From NCBI GenBank assembly GCA_965113315.1, contig OZ220366.1: a DNA stretch of 64,000 nucleotides. One strand, 5' to 3'. The notes under the pieces were generated by a model that was not told the DNA's origin, made no database searches, and saw only the letters and a list, made by a program, of their open reading frames with translations. Both the position numbers and the translations under genes were made by a program. Origin of the DNA: Podarcis vaucheri. Its lineage: Eukaryota. Below, in pieces: positions 11,037 to 23,085 of the stretch; within the stretch, counting starts at the first letter, position 1; the number at the start of each line of letters is the position of its first letter.

Positions 11037-11516
11037 TGGCGTCCCAGTTACGGAAGGACACTGACAAACTGGAACGTGTCCAGAGGAGCGCAACCAAAAT
11101 GGTCAAAGGCCTGGAAATGATGCCTTATGAGGAACGGCTAAGGGAGCTGGGCATGTTTAGCCTGGGGAAGAGGAGGTTAAGGGGTGATATGATAGCCATG
11201 TTCAAATATATAAAAGGATGTCACATAGAGGAGGGAGAATAGTTGTTTTCTGCTGCTCCAGAGAAGCGGACACGGAGCAATGGATCCAAACTACAAGAAA
11301 GAAGATTCCACCTAAACATTAGGAAGAACTTCCTGACAGTAAGAGCTGTTCGACAGTGGAATTTGCTGCCAAGGAGTGGTGGAGTCTCCTTCTTTGGAGG
11401 TCTTTAAGCAGAGGCTTGACAATCATATGTCAGGAGTGCTCTGATGGCGTTTCCTGCTTGGCAGGGGGTTGGACTCGATGGCCCTTGTGGTCTCTTCCAA
11501 CTCTATGATTCTATGA
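11037..11516 (+). mobile_element. CR1 LINE 3' end (5'-truncated)
   Basis: Translates to [53 protein letters not shown] (CR1 ORF2 C-terminus). Ends in the CTCTATGATTCTATGA tail. Confidence 0.9.
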
Positions 11517-12456
11517 CTTTCCCCAAAGAGATTGGCCTGGACCCAATACAGTTTGCTGACTCAGGAGAATAACAGGATTCTACAAACAAAAGATGGTTGG
11601 TAGTTGAATCTTATTTAAACACTGGTGACAGGACAGTAGCCTTCATCATCACAGAGAGAGCTGACCTCTAACATCCCACCACTGCTTTCCACCCTCCACC
11701 CAATGCCCTAAGTGTTCCCTCTGTTCTAATGGTAGGATCCTATTGATCTTTTGGTGCCAGGCCTATCCATATTTCTGGCCTTTTTAGATGCAATTTTAAT
11801 CTTATGACCTACCGTATTTTATGCTGCTTGTGTGACTTCATGGCTTTAGCTTACGTAATGAGCAGACACTCTTGCCTTCCTTGCAAGGTGTAGGACCGCT
11901 GAGAGGTACAGGTTGTGTAATTTATGGAAAAGTAACACTGCCACCATCCTCACTGTGTTACTAAAGACTGTGTACACAGTGCAGTTTAGTGTGCATTCAG
12001 TGCACTCCATATGCTGGTTGTTTCTGTGTTGTACAAATAACCACAACCCCAATCTAAACGTATGCTATTTCTTTCTATGATTTAATGCCTTTTATCCCAA
12101 ACCAATTTTTATGCTAAAGGAGATTTTCAAAGTGAATGAATTTGCACTTCAGTCCATGCATGCATGAACAGGAGAGCATGCAAACAGTAATTTTCTTGCG
12201 TGGGGGGGGGGGAGGGAGGAGTTTAGTCACCCACAAGTGAAGTGATGTGAATATCCAATCGGATACGATCCTGGGATTTTCCAGATCCAGCACGTATGAA
12301 GGATGACCTTTCTTAATAGGGAAATAGCTCTTAAGACGAGTAAACATGAGGATAAATCTCTCTTCACTTCCTGACAATTCCTTCTGTGTATTCAGCAAGG
12401 TTTCAGCTTATTTGCCTTTCTGGCTTCTTTCTGATGGAGAGGTGATTCTTAAAGGG

Positions 12457-12728
12457 CAGGGGTGTATCTAAGAGCTGACCAGGTTGACCCCCACAAAGGG
12501 CACAGGCCCAAGAGGGTGCAAAAAAGCATGGCTCTCCACTCTGGCTCGGGGAGTCCTGTCTGCCTGGCACTTGCTCCTCAGGGCAGGTTGCTCCTCTGCT
12601 GCTCTGGGTGGCTAGACATGCTATTCTACCTCCTGTGGGCGCCTTTGCAGAGGAGCACAAGAAACACGGGAAGGGGGCACCCATACAGCTCCTTGCTAAG
12701 GGCACAAGGGAGCCTAGATGCACCTCTG
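12457..12728. mobile_element. Non-autonomous DNA transposon (hAT-like MITE)
   Basis: Imperfect TIRs CAGGGGTGTATCTA ... TAGATGCACCTCTG; TSD degraded. Confidence 0.55.
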
Positions 12729-14587
12729 TGAAAGACACAGAGAGTTAGCCTTGCTTTGCACAGAAATATATAGATATAAAATTTACATTTCAACTGTTCT
12801 GTTCTTTTTTGCAAACTACCTCGGGAATGTAATTGAAGGGTGATATAAAATATTTACAATGCATGAATGATTAAGGAGGGGAGGAAGTTGGAATACCATT
12901 ATCTGATGGAGCTTCTTGAGCTACTAAATCCATATTTAGGTATGACTTTCATTCATTTGGCTTGCTTGACACCCAGTGACTTTTTATCCTCCAAATGCTT
13001 GCATCTAAAATCTGTTTTATCGCCAACTAAATATCTATCCAGTTACCCAGTCAGGGTGGATTTTTATTCTTGTCTAATTTCTACATTCTGTATTACAAAA
13101 CACATTGAAACATACAGAAACTTGCAATGTAAACCTTTTTTCTGATAGCTGTGACCTTTAAAAACACACACTATTTGCTGATACTCTGCCATGGATCTGG
13201 GGCTTCCTGCCAAATTAGTAAAGTCAGGAGCATGTAGCTCTTCTGGGATATGCAGCAAAATGCAAATATTTATTAAAAGTGCATGAGGTTCCTTAATTTT
13301 GCTCTTTTCTGGACAGACACACACACTGTGCAAACACTAGCACATTTATTCGTCTTGAAGCAGGAGGAGTACAGAGTACCAAAGGTGAAAGTTCACATCC
13401 AGTTTCCCTTTTCTTGCTCTGAACGAATTTGATATAATTGAGACCATCACACAGTGTCTACACTAAATGAAAATGATTAATATTTTTGTTCTTTATCTAA
13501 CTATCCTGTGGAAGCTCAGCCCCCAAAGTCCCCTTTATTTAAGTCATATATGCCCTACTATTTGCCGGAAGCTCTGCTGGCTGTGTGTCACCTGTAGATT
13601 TCACCCTCAGTTGCTGAAGACAGCTTCACTGTTCAGCCTGCCACATTAAGGCATCCTCTGTCCACTCCCTTTTGTTTCCTATTTCACTTTCTTAACTAAA
13701 AAGCATAATTTGTCTAAGTGATTTGCATTATTTCTATCTAAGAACTGAATTGCTAGAAAAGGGAAAAGTCATCAGGAATATAAATATTAACATTATGGAG
13801 AGGCAGAAGAGCCACAGAGCCTTTAAGCAGTATAATTTAAATGCACCTCCTGCCATCTTTTCAATGGCTACACAACATGGAAGTGTTTTTTAATCACCGT
13901 GCTCCAGACTCCGAGCTGAAACATCCAGCTGACATACAACTTCAAACCGTTTTGCCTCTCCGGCTAAGGAAAGCTTAGAAGTCTCTTTATTCCAAACAAA
14001 ACAGGATTAAAGCTGGGAAGATGTGGTGTTTGCTTTGAAAATGAGCAAATCTAAAGTAGCGCAAATGGCTAATAGCTTGTGTTTATTTATAGCTTTTCCA
14101 CTGTCACAGTAAAGACCAAATTTAGTACAACACAAAGGAGAGGAAAAAGGATGCTCACAACCATGTTGATGTACTCCTTGCAGGAAACATGAAAAATATA
14201 AGGAATACTGTAAAGGGGTGGAAACAGAGATATAAACTTCTCCTTATTCTGCATGTGTGCTAGGAGGAGGGTAGCCACTGCCAGACACCTCTCATTTTCT
14301 GCCTAATGTTCTTGTGTTTGGATAAGTGGTACTCAAAGTCTGTAGAAATGAAGAACTGGAATACAGCTATACCTTTTCCCACACTAGCAAGGACACACAC
14401 GGTGCTTCCAGACTATTCCTGTTTTCAGGTGGGGCTCAATCCAATACTGGCACATTCAGGTTGTACAATTAAAGTTGATTTGACACTCTTGTGCAGCAAA
14501 CCCACTTCCTTTTTGTGATAAGGAAAGTGCTGGGAAGAAAATGTGCTGGGAAGTGTGACACAACGATGGCCTGACACAGCGTCATAT

Positions 14588-14928
14588 AGGTAAAGGGACC
14601 CCTGACCATTAGGTCCAGTCGTGACCGACTCTGGGGTTGTGGCACACGTCTCGCTTTATTGGCCGAGGGAGCCGGCATACAGCTTCCGGGTCATGTGGCC
14701 AGCATGACTAAGCCGCTTCTGGCGAACCAGAGCAGCACATGGAAATGCCATTTACCTTCCCGCCAGAGTGGTATCTATTTATCTACTTGCACTTTGATGT
14801 GCTTTCGCACTGCTAAGTTGGCAGGAGCAGGGACCAAGCAACGGGAGCTCACCCCATTGCGGGGATTCGAACCACCAACCTTCTGATTGGCAAGTCCTAG
14901 GCTCTGTGGTTTAACCCACAGTGCTACC
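14588..14928 (-). mobile_element. Sauria SINE
   Basis: Full tail-to-head sequence; TSD CACAGC(G/A)TCATAT. Confidence 0.9.
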
Positions 14929-16042
14929 CACAGCATCATATCGCTCCCTACAAATACCTCCCTGCAAATAAATCAGAATGAATGCTCACTAAACAGGTGA
15001 TGCCTGAAGTGACCATATACATCTGACTTTGTTCCTGGTGGAGGCTGCTCCATTAGGGCAAATGGGGCACTACCCCTACCAACCTCTTTGTACTCTCAGC
15101 CAGCCCTGCTTTCTTTCAGTCAGGGGCGGGGGGTCACTGTATGTCAGCATCTTCCTAATTCCTTGGTCTCAGTGTTGCCTCTGGTAAAACTCAACAGGGA
15201 GAATGATAAGGACAAAATTAGAAATAGCTGGCTCTACCTGTCATTGACACTGGCTACATCCATTGTTGGTCTCCCTGCCTTCCAACCTACCAGTTCCAAT
15301 GGCACCAGGAACCACTGATGTTACCCATGTCTCTCTTACTGGCATTGACATTGGCTCTTTTTCTGTCTCATGAGAGATACCAATTTCTTTGTAAAATTGG
15401 TCATTTCTTGTCTACAACTGGAGCCAAGCTGATGCAGGATGCTAACTTGGGGTTCCACTAAAGATTATACTGGTGCACAGACTTGAAGAAGCTGTGGCAG
15501 TGCTGGGCAAGCTGACTTCCAGCTGTTTTTTATTACTAAGGAACCCCTTAAAGGTTACAGGTTCTACTACAATCAGCAGGAAGATGAACATCCTTGATAA
15601 TTGGCCATGATGACAGTGACAGAAGGGAATTGGAGTCCAACATCTGGAGGGCCACAGATGAGCCACCCTTTATTAAATAGTCCCATTATATTATTGCCAA
15701 AATAAACCTCTCCCTCACCAAGCTAGATGCTTTTGAATGGCCAGCCATATTGAATTGCTTGGAAGAAGGCAGAGGCAAGTCTGGGGAGAAAAACCAAAGG
15801 GACAGGAGACAGACAGGGCAAAAAGTGGAGACATGGAGTGGAAATTCTGTTAAGGACAACTGGTCAAGAAGTCCAGAGGCAACCCAGAACTTATAAAAAT
15901 GGAAAGGACCATGCTGGAAGTCCTATGATGAGACAGACATTTAGTTATGTGTGTATATGAGAGGCTGGAGGTCCACCAGATGAAATTGAGATGGAAAAAC
16001 CTTACTGGGTCTCTGAGAAGCTCATTTAGGAAACTAATAATA

Positions 16043-16288
16043 AGAAGAAGAAAAGTTTGGATTTGATATCCTGCTTTATCGCTACCCGAAGGAGTCTCAA
16101 AGCGGCTAACATTCTCCTTTCCCTTCCTCCCCCACAACAAACACTCTGTGAGGTGAGTGAGGCTGAGAGACTTCAAAGAAGTGTGACTGGCCCAAGGTCA
16201 CCCAGCAGCTGCATGTGGAGGAGCAGAGACACAATCCGGTTCACCAGATTAGGAGTCTACCGCTCTTAACCACTACACCACACTGGCT
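16043..16288 (-). mobile_element. tRNA-derived lizard SINE with (CTT)n tail (Squam3-like)
   Basis: Reverse complement of AGCCAGTGTGGTGTAGTGGTTAAGAGCGG...GATATCAAATCCAAACT; same family at 37621-37936. Confidence 0.8.
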
Positions 16289-17427
16289 CATAAATAAAAC
16301 ACTGTGTTTTATTTCCCTTAAGGGAGAATGTAGATATATTTTCCTGTTATATATTTTGTGGGAAGGTGAGTGCATTGCCAGTCTTTCTTCAATGAAATGG
16401 GTATTTTGTGGTTCCTACAACACTTTCTTAGATTTCCAAATGTGCTCCCAGTCTCAAAAGTTTAGGGATCTGTGCTCTGTGTTCTGTTGTCTTCTCCCTT
16501 AGCTCAGGGCTTGTTTTATGATCAGCTCCTTGTACACCTTTTTACAAATAGCAAAAGAAGCATTCCCACATTTCCTCCAAAGGGGTGATGATTTTGTCCC
16601 CATGTGGATTTAAATGGTACATTATATTGCTTCAGGCCAAAAAACAGATGTGAAGACCATGTCCTACAAAAACATCATGCAATATTAGCAAATTTATTCA
16701 CATACATATACAGTGCTTTTTCTGGGGGTACTCAAATGTATGCAGTACTGGCCCCCTTTTTCCTTTAAAAAAAGCACTCACTGCATATGCCTAGTATGTT
16801 AAATATCTTACCAGAGGCAATTGCCTGCCTCAAACAAATTTAGGCTACAATCCTATACTCAGTTACCTGGAACTAAGTCAAATTGATCTTGATGGGACTT
16901 TCCTTTGAGTAGACATGTGTAGGATTGCATTGTCAAGCTGCATGATAGACACGCTTTCATATTTAAGTTAACTGTTAATACGTCTTTAAAGCTTGTAGCT
17001 TTACATATTTCTTTTTGTAACTGAAAAGAAGAGTTGACGGGGAAAATGTTCACAGTCATGTTGTAATAATAGCTGTCTACTGTTTTAAAATGCACATTTT
17101 GTAATATGAATTTGAAGGGGCTTTGTCACCTTAAATCTGCCAAGATTCTTTACCATTACAATTTTTTAAGGCATAAAGAAGAGAGTTAATTAAGCAGCTG
17201 TGGGTTTGGAAAGGGGTTGTTTAATTCTTTTTATTGAGTTATAATATTATATCAGGTCCATAATACATAGAGTGCTAAAAACGAACTGAAAAATATTAAC
17301 ATAATAAAAGAAAAACAATTGCAGTGCAGATTTAAAGTAAGAATTTATCTTTTGGAAATCATTTCAGATGTATGATAATTAAAATGTCTCTAACAAAATT
17401 AAATAATCTTTTTGTTTCATATTACAG

Positions 17428-17610
17428 TTCCAGGATGTAGAGCCACACAAGGAGGAGAAATGACGAAAGGAAAACAAGAATTTAAGAAACTCAGATCAAC
17501 TAGATCCATTAAAAAGCTGGAGGTGGAAAGCTCCATTGTCCCTGAATATTAACATAAGTTACAAAATTGTACCAAAATAAATTGCATCCAAATAAATGTG
17601 TGTTTTTTCA
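17428..17610 (+). other. Candidate 3'-terminal exon of an unassigned + strand transcript
   Basis: Pyrimidine-rich acceptor TCTTTTTGTTTCATATTACAG| at 17427, purine-rich exon-like body, two AATAAA (17576-17581, 17591-17596), then a TGTGTGTTTTTT GU-rich element. Confidence 0.35.
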
Positions 17611-18491
17611 CGTTGGCCTCTGAGTACTCTTAATTTAAATGCCAATTTTCCCAATGGTGTGATGTTCTATACTTTTGTGTCCCAAGCAGCTATGGTTTTG
17701 ATATTAACATTTTTGAGGTTTACACGAATTTTTATAAGATGTTGATTATAAGTTGTATGTGCTGTATTTTCATATTTGGCATGTATTAATTTGATTTTAA
17801 ATAAGTTAGTATTGTGAACTTCTGAAGTCTAAGATTATTATGTCTTCTCTGCAAAATTTTGTTATTAGATAGAAAACCATTTAACGTGACATATTTGAAA
17901 CAAACTTTTTATGGGGAAAAACAACCTCGCTAATATTTTTCTTCTGGAATTTTTATGAGTGTGTGGGTGTCTTTTCCTCATTCTACAAAACTTGAGTTAG
18001 ATTTTGTTTTGATTTTTGCTCAAAACTTACATCCCACCCCATAAAGGGGTGGGGTTTTCATGCTATATCCTATTCTGTAGTCCAAAAGTGAGTCAAACGG
18101 ATTCTATAGTACCAAGTGGGAAGATTTGGACCTGTCACTGATTCAGAGAGTCCTTAAGCCACAGTTACAAACTGCCCTACAATATAAAAAGCAACAAAGG
18201 TTGCAACCCTATACATGCTTAGTTGGGAGGGAACCCTGTTGTAAAGAATGAAGCTTTCTTTTGAGCCAGACAGCACTGAAAACGAATTGTTGAAAAATCT
18301 TAAACAGGGGTAGCAGTTTGATTTCCCACATCCAGGATTAATAAAACTGTGTATTGATCAGAAACCATCAAACGATCAGTTAAAGCAAAACAAAGCATAA
18401 AGTCTGTTCACTTCCTTCCCCTTTCTGCCTTTAAACCTTATTAACAGATGAAACACTGAGCAGGGAGGAAATCCATAACGGTGAATTTAGT

Positions 18492-18523
18492 GTGCCATCT
18501 AGTGACCATTTATTTTGCCGCAG
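18492..18523 (-). promoter_or_regulatory. CTCF-like binding site with upstream motif
   Basis: Minus strand CTGCGG-CAAAATAAA-TGGTCACTAGATGGCAC resembles the CTCF core plus the TGCAG-type upstream module. Confidence 0.5.
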
Positions 18524-18579
18524 GAACCACATACATTTCTCCTGTAGTTAAGAAAAGTTGTTGGTCTTAGACCAGAGAT

Positions 18580-18785
18580 CAGGGCCAGCTCACCCATGAG
18601 GCAAGGTGAGGTGACCATCTCAGGCAGCAGGGTCCACCGGGTCAGCAGATCCTGATTTCAATCTTTCTTTCACTGCTTGTTCCTAGTGTAGACCTTCCCT
18701 AAGCCCTCCTTTGCTAGCAAGTGGCGGGGGGCGGGCACCATTTTAGGGTTTGCCTCAGGTACCAAAAACTCTTGGAACGGCTCTG
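18580..18785. mobile_element. hAT-type MITE
   Basis: Imperfect TIRs CAGGGCC.../...GGCTCTG; perfect 8-bp TSD CCAGAGAT (18572-18579, 18786-18793). Confidence 0.8.
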
Positions 18786-19699
18786 CCAGAGATACAGCAC
18801 AGAAATGATTGGACATCTGGTTGGGCACTGTGAGCATGGGATGAAGAGCTAGATGGGCCTTTTATCTGACCCTGAGGGTTCTTCTTATGTTCTTGCATCT
18901 CCAGACTAAACTTCAGAATGCCCTGCATCGTCAAGAAGAAGACCTGAAATCAACCTTCTGTCTCCATTGTCACAAACTGCAGTTCTTATCAGCTCTGAGA
19001 AGACAGAACTGCAGCACAGACTGTTGTTACAATGACACAGCAGGACTAATTTCTGAGTAGACATCCATAGGATTGGACTGTATATTCAGTATGCACATCT
19101 ACAATATGAATATGCATTTGACACAAAATGGGCTGGGCTCATCAATCACAGAATTCTGAATTGTCTCTTGAGGATAATTGCCATTGGTTCTCCTCACCTG
19201 TTGCGCCCAAATCTTCCCCTCTGGATGAAAAGGAGTAAGAAGCCCTCCTTGCCCCCGGAATTGTATTGCAGCTCATTCATCTGTGAAGCTTATATTTGTA
19301 ATCTGTATCTATATAGCCAGTGCAGGGGGTTTGCTGAAGCTGGATTGTCCATATAAAGCCACGGAGAGAATGTTTACTCTTCTCAAAAAAATAGGAAAGG
19401 GAAAAGGTTGCAAAGAAGCACTTTAATTTATTGCTCTAAAGGACCCAGCACACAGCAAACTGCCTGTATCCAGAGCAACCAAATCACATATGAAAGATTT
19501 CTATTGTACATAGTACAGGGGTAGTGGCTGCTAGTGCCATTGACAACAGCAGGTAGGCTCATGGTAACAGGGCAATAGACAAAAGATAATGGAACTGGAA
19601 TGCTGAATCCAAGGAGCAACAAACAATCCAGAGATAATGAGTGAGGAAAACTGAGGGTCGGAGGAAATTGCAAGAGAAATCTCCATGACTATATAGGCG

Positions 19700-20030
19700 A
19701 GCTCAGAACTGCTGCTCGTGCAGCACTATTGCTGCTTGACAAGCCTGCACGTGTACGATTGGTAATTGTGTTCCCTATGATATTGATATTCCATTTACAA
19801 TCAGCACGACAAAATTATCAAGGCTCAGCTTCGCAGGCGTCTCATCTCTTTGTTTGGTACAAAGCATAGCTGTGATCGGTCGCGTTCTATAGAACAAAGA
19901 TCGCCCACTGGTCTGGAGCCAAAGGTTCCTTTCCTTTGAGAGAAGGAATCTTCCTCCATCCAACGAAGGAGAACTTCCATGGAAGGAAGCTGCTTCTATC
20001 AGAAGATCTTTGGATCCAAACTACTGTATT
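19700..20030 (+). mobile_element. Possible degenerate L1/Tx1 ORF2 fragment
   Basis: Broken frames give ARVRLVIVFPMILIFHLQS ... FVWYK ... GL ... LWIQ, resembling the post-RT GRI..IK..LP.L.F.FQ..FIW..GGL region. Confidence 0.3.
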
Positions 20031-21594
20031 TTATAATGTGGTTAAAAAACAAACAAACCTAACTTCATTTGGTTTATAGGATTTATTACAAATCACAAAA
20101 AAGGAGATAATAAACATCAGATATTATCTTTACCACCTCAGCCCACACCAAAATTTCACCTGTGTATCATGTCTTATTTTAAAATATTAGATTGATAATT
20201 AATTTAAATATAATAAAAATATTACATCTGACGTTTTCCTATATACCAAGTAATTGCCTGCCACTTATGATAAGGGGCAAGACTAGAGAAGGAGATGAAC
20301 TTTTAGGAAATGTGTTCCTTTTTCTGAAATTCACACACTGGGCATACTGGTAGGTTTGCAGAAATACGTCCCGGCGTTTCTGTGGCAATTGCGCAATCGC
20401 AGTGCCATGTTGAGTAGAACAAACTCTTTTCATGAAACCACAACACTGTTTCCGTCAGCCTGACTATAAATGGTCCATCAGATACAACACAAATTTGCTA
20501 GGTTTTAAATTCCCTGAAAATTCTGATATGAGGTAGGTAATAATAATGCTACCAACCCTGTTAAAGGCTGTTTTTTTCATATGCCATGGTATAAATAATA
20601 ATAATACTGCCAGCTTTTAGTTATGCCAAAATTACTTTACTGCTCCCCTGCCCTCTTTTATCTCTAGATGAATGCTTGGCCATGGTACCATCAGGAGGAG
20701 GACTTTAGGATCAGCATCCTGGGCCACACAGCAGAATGAGTAAGAGGACCTCCAAACACAGTACTGTATATTTTGAAGTAAGTGAGACAATATACATTAC
20801 TATCTAAAGAGCCCCCCACCCCAGGTAATTAAGTCCAGAGTCAAAAATTATCTAACTGCATTGCTGATATTTGGATCTTGGTATGACATCAGGAGACAGA
20901 TTGCTGGTGTTGGTCCTCATTCAGTGTGTACTAGCTTTGCAAGAGGAAAGAAACTGCCCAAGCCTAGCTTCTGTTTTAGAAAGGAGCTTCAGGCAATGGT
21001 AGCTTTTCCCCTCAGCAATAAGTTTGTTACCTGGAATGGCTGTATAACGGTCACAGCATTTCTCTGCATTTATTTATGTTACACTCTGTGAACCCAAGTA
21101 GAGTCTTGAAGCCGGAACAGACCAAAGGTCCACCCAGTCTAGCAGCCTGCTTGTCCACAGTGACACAGCCACGTGTTTCCCGGAAGTCGATAAGCTGGGG
21201 GCAAAGGCATGAGCCTTCGCACACCAGCTCAGCAGTACATCACTATGCCGTGGTGGAGAATTTGGGTGGCTGTGGGTGTGGGGAGCCAAAGCTGCACCTT
21301 GCGGTTTTTTTCTCTACGCAGCTCCTTGGAAGACTATAAATTACCAGTAATTCTATTAAGCAGGGATGTCAATGTGAATAAAATGGGGGGGGCAGCTAAG
21401 CTCCACCCCACATAATCACATGATGCGGCATTTGCACACCATTTGAATGGCAGTGCCCATCAACTTTGGGGTGAGCCTTGCAGGGAGCCTCAGAGGCAAC
21501 TAAGCGAAATAATACACATTGCCATGTAAGAGTCACCTCCCACTACAACACCATAAAGTCCAGAGTCTAAAATTACCTAATAGCAGCACTGGTA

Positions 21595-21940
21595 AAAGTT
21601 AAAGGTAAAGGGACCCCTGGCCATTAGGTCCAGTCGTGGCCAACTCTGGGGTTGTGGCGCTCATCTCGCTTTATTGGCCAAGGGAGCCGGCGTACAGCTT
21701 CCGGGTCATGTGGCCAGAGTGACTAAGCCACTTCTGGCGAACCAGAGGAGCGCATGGAAACGCCGTTTACCTTCCCACCAGAGTGGTACCTATTTATCTA
21801 CTTGCACTTTGACGTGCTTTAGAACTGCTAGGTTGGCAGGAGCAGGGACCAAGCAATTGGAGGTCACCCCGTCACGGGGAGTCGAACCACCGACCTTCTG
21901 ATCGGCTAGTCCTAGGCTCTGTGGTTTAACCCACAGCGCC
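21595..21940 (-). mobile_element. Sauria SINE
   Basis: Near full length; TSD AGCAGCACTGGTA (21582-21594, 21941-21953). Confidence 0.9.
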
Positions 21941-22722
21941 AGCAGCACTGGTACCATCAACCTATTACCATGCTGTGGTTTGGGTTTCATATATACAGTG
22001 CCCTGGTTTGCACTCATAAAAATCTGTGATTGAAACTAAGAGCATAACAAATGTTTGTTTCCTGTAAAGGAAGTGCATACAGTCTCATTTGCATTATAGG
22101 TATAATACAAATGAGCATCTCCATATTTGGAATCGCAATGACGCAAACCAGATAGAGCATCTAAAACAGGCCTGAATTTTTTGAATGCTTTTTAACATTT
22201 TAGCACCTTCTTGAAATCAGTCATTTTAGTATGGGAACAGAGCTAAATACAGAATCAAGGTAAGTTGAAGCAATCACTGGGACAGTCTCTGAAAGTTCTT
22301 GAGCATACGAGAGGCTCACATGTGTATTTCATGAAAGAAGCTATACAGCAACCTAAATCACTTCAGCTCTTTTTCTAATCCCAAAGAAATGAATCCCTCT
22401 CTCATTAGGCTCCACATAGGTTCAGATGTTATACATTGTGGTAATTATTTCCAAATCACAAGTGCAAACACTCACCCTGATTGGAAAATTAGCAGATTTC
22501 AAACTCGGGTAATTTGTTCTTAATGAGGAACTTGTTGAACTGAATTTAACAATTAGCTCACTCCCTTTGCTGGCTGAATGTGATAGGGTTATGTGGAAGA
22601 GATCAAATATTCATCTAAGTGATTTCAGCCAAAATGTGAGGGGAGGCGATCAAGGTTGTAATCTTACACACACTTACTTGGGAGTAAGTGCCACTGAATT
22701 TAATGGGACCTATTTCTGAGTA

Positions 22723-23085
22723 TTATGGGACGCAGGGTGGCGCTGTGGGTAAAACCTCAGCGCCTAGGACTTGCCGATCACATGGTCGGCGGTTCGAATC
22801 CCCGCAGCGGGGTGAGCTCCCGTCGTTCGGTCCCAGCTCCTGCCCACCTAGCAGTTCGAAAGCACCCTTAAAGTGCAAGTAGATAAATAGGTACCGCTTT
22901 ATAGCGGGAAGGTAAACGGCGTTTCCGTGTGCTGCGCTGGTGCTGGCTCACCAGAGCAGCTTCGTCACGCTGGCCACGTGACCCAGAAGTGTCTTTGGAC
23001 AGCGCCGACTCCCGGCCTCTAGAGTGAGATGAGCGCACAACCCTAGAGTCTGTCAAGACTGGCCCGTACGGGCAGGGGTACCTTT
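22723..23085 (+). mobile_element. Sauria SINE nested in a short palindromic MITE-like repeat
   Basis: GGGACGCAGGGTGGCGCTGTGG head, GGTTCGAATCC B-box; TSD TATTTCTGAGTA (22711-22722, 23086-23097). Confidence 0.9.

Noticed and set aside
12114-12398. 94-aa minus-strand ORF (…LKSYFPIKKGHP…)
   Set aside because: No supportable homology or splice structure.
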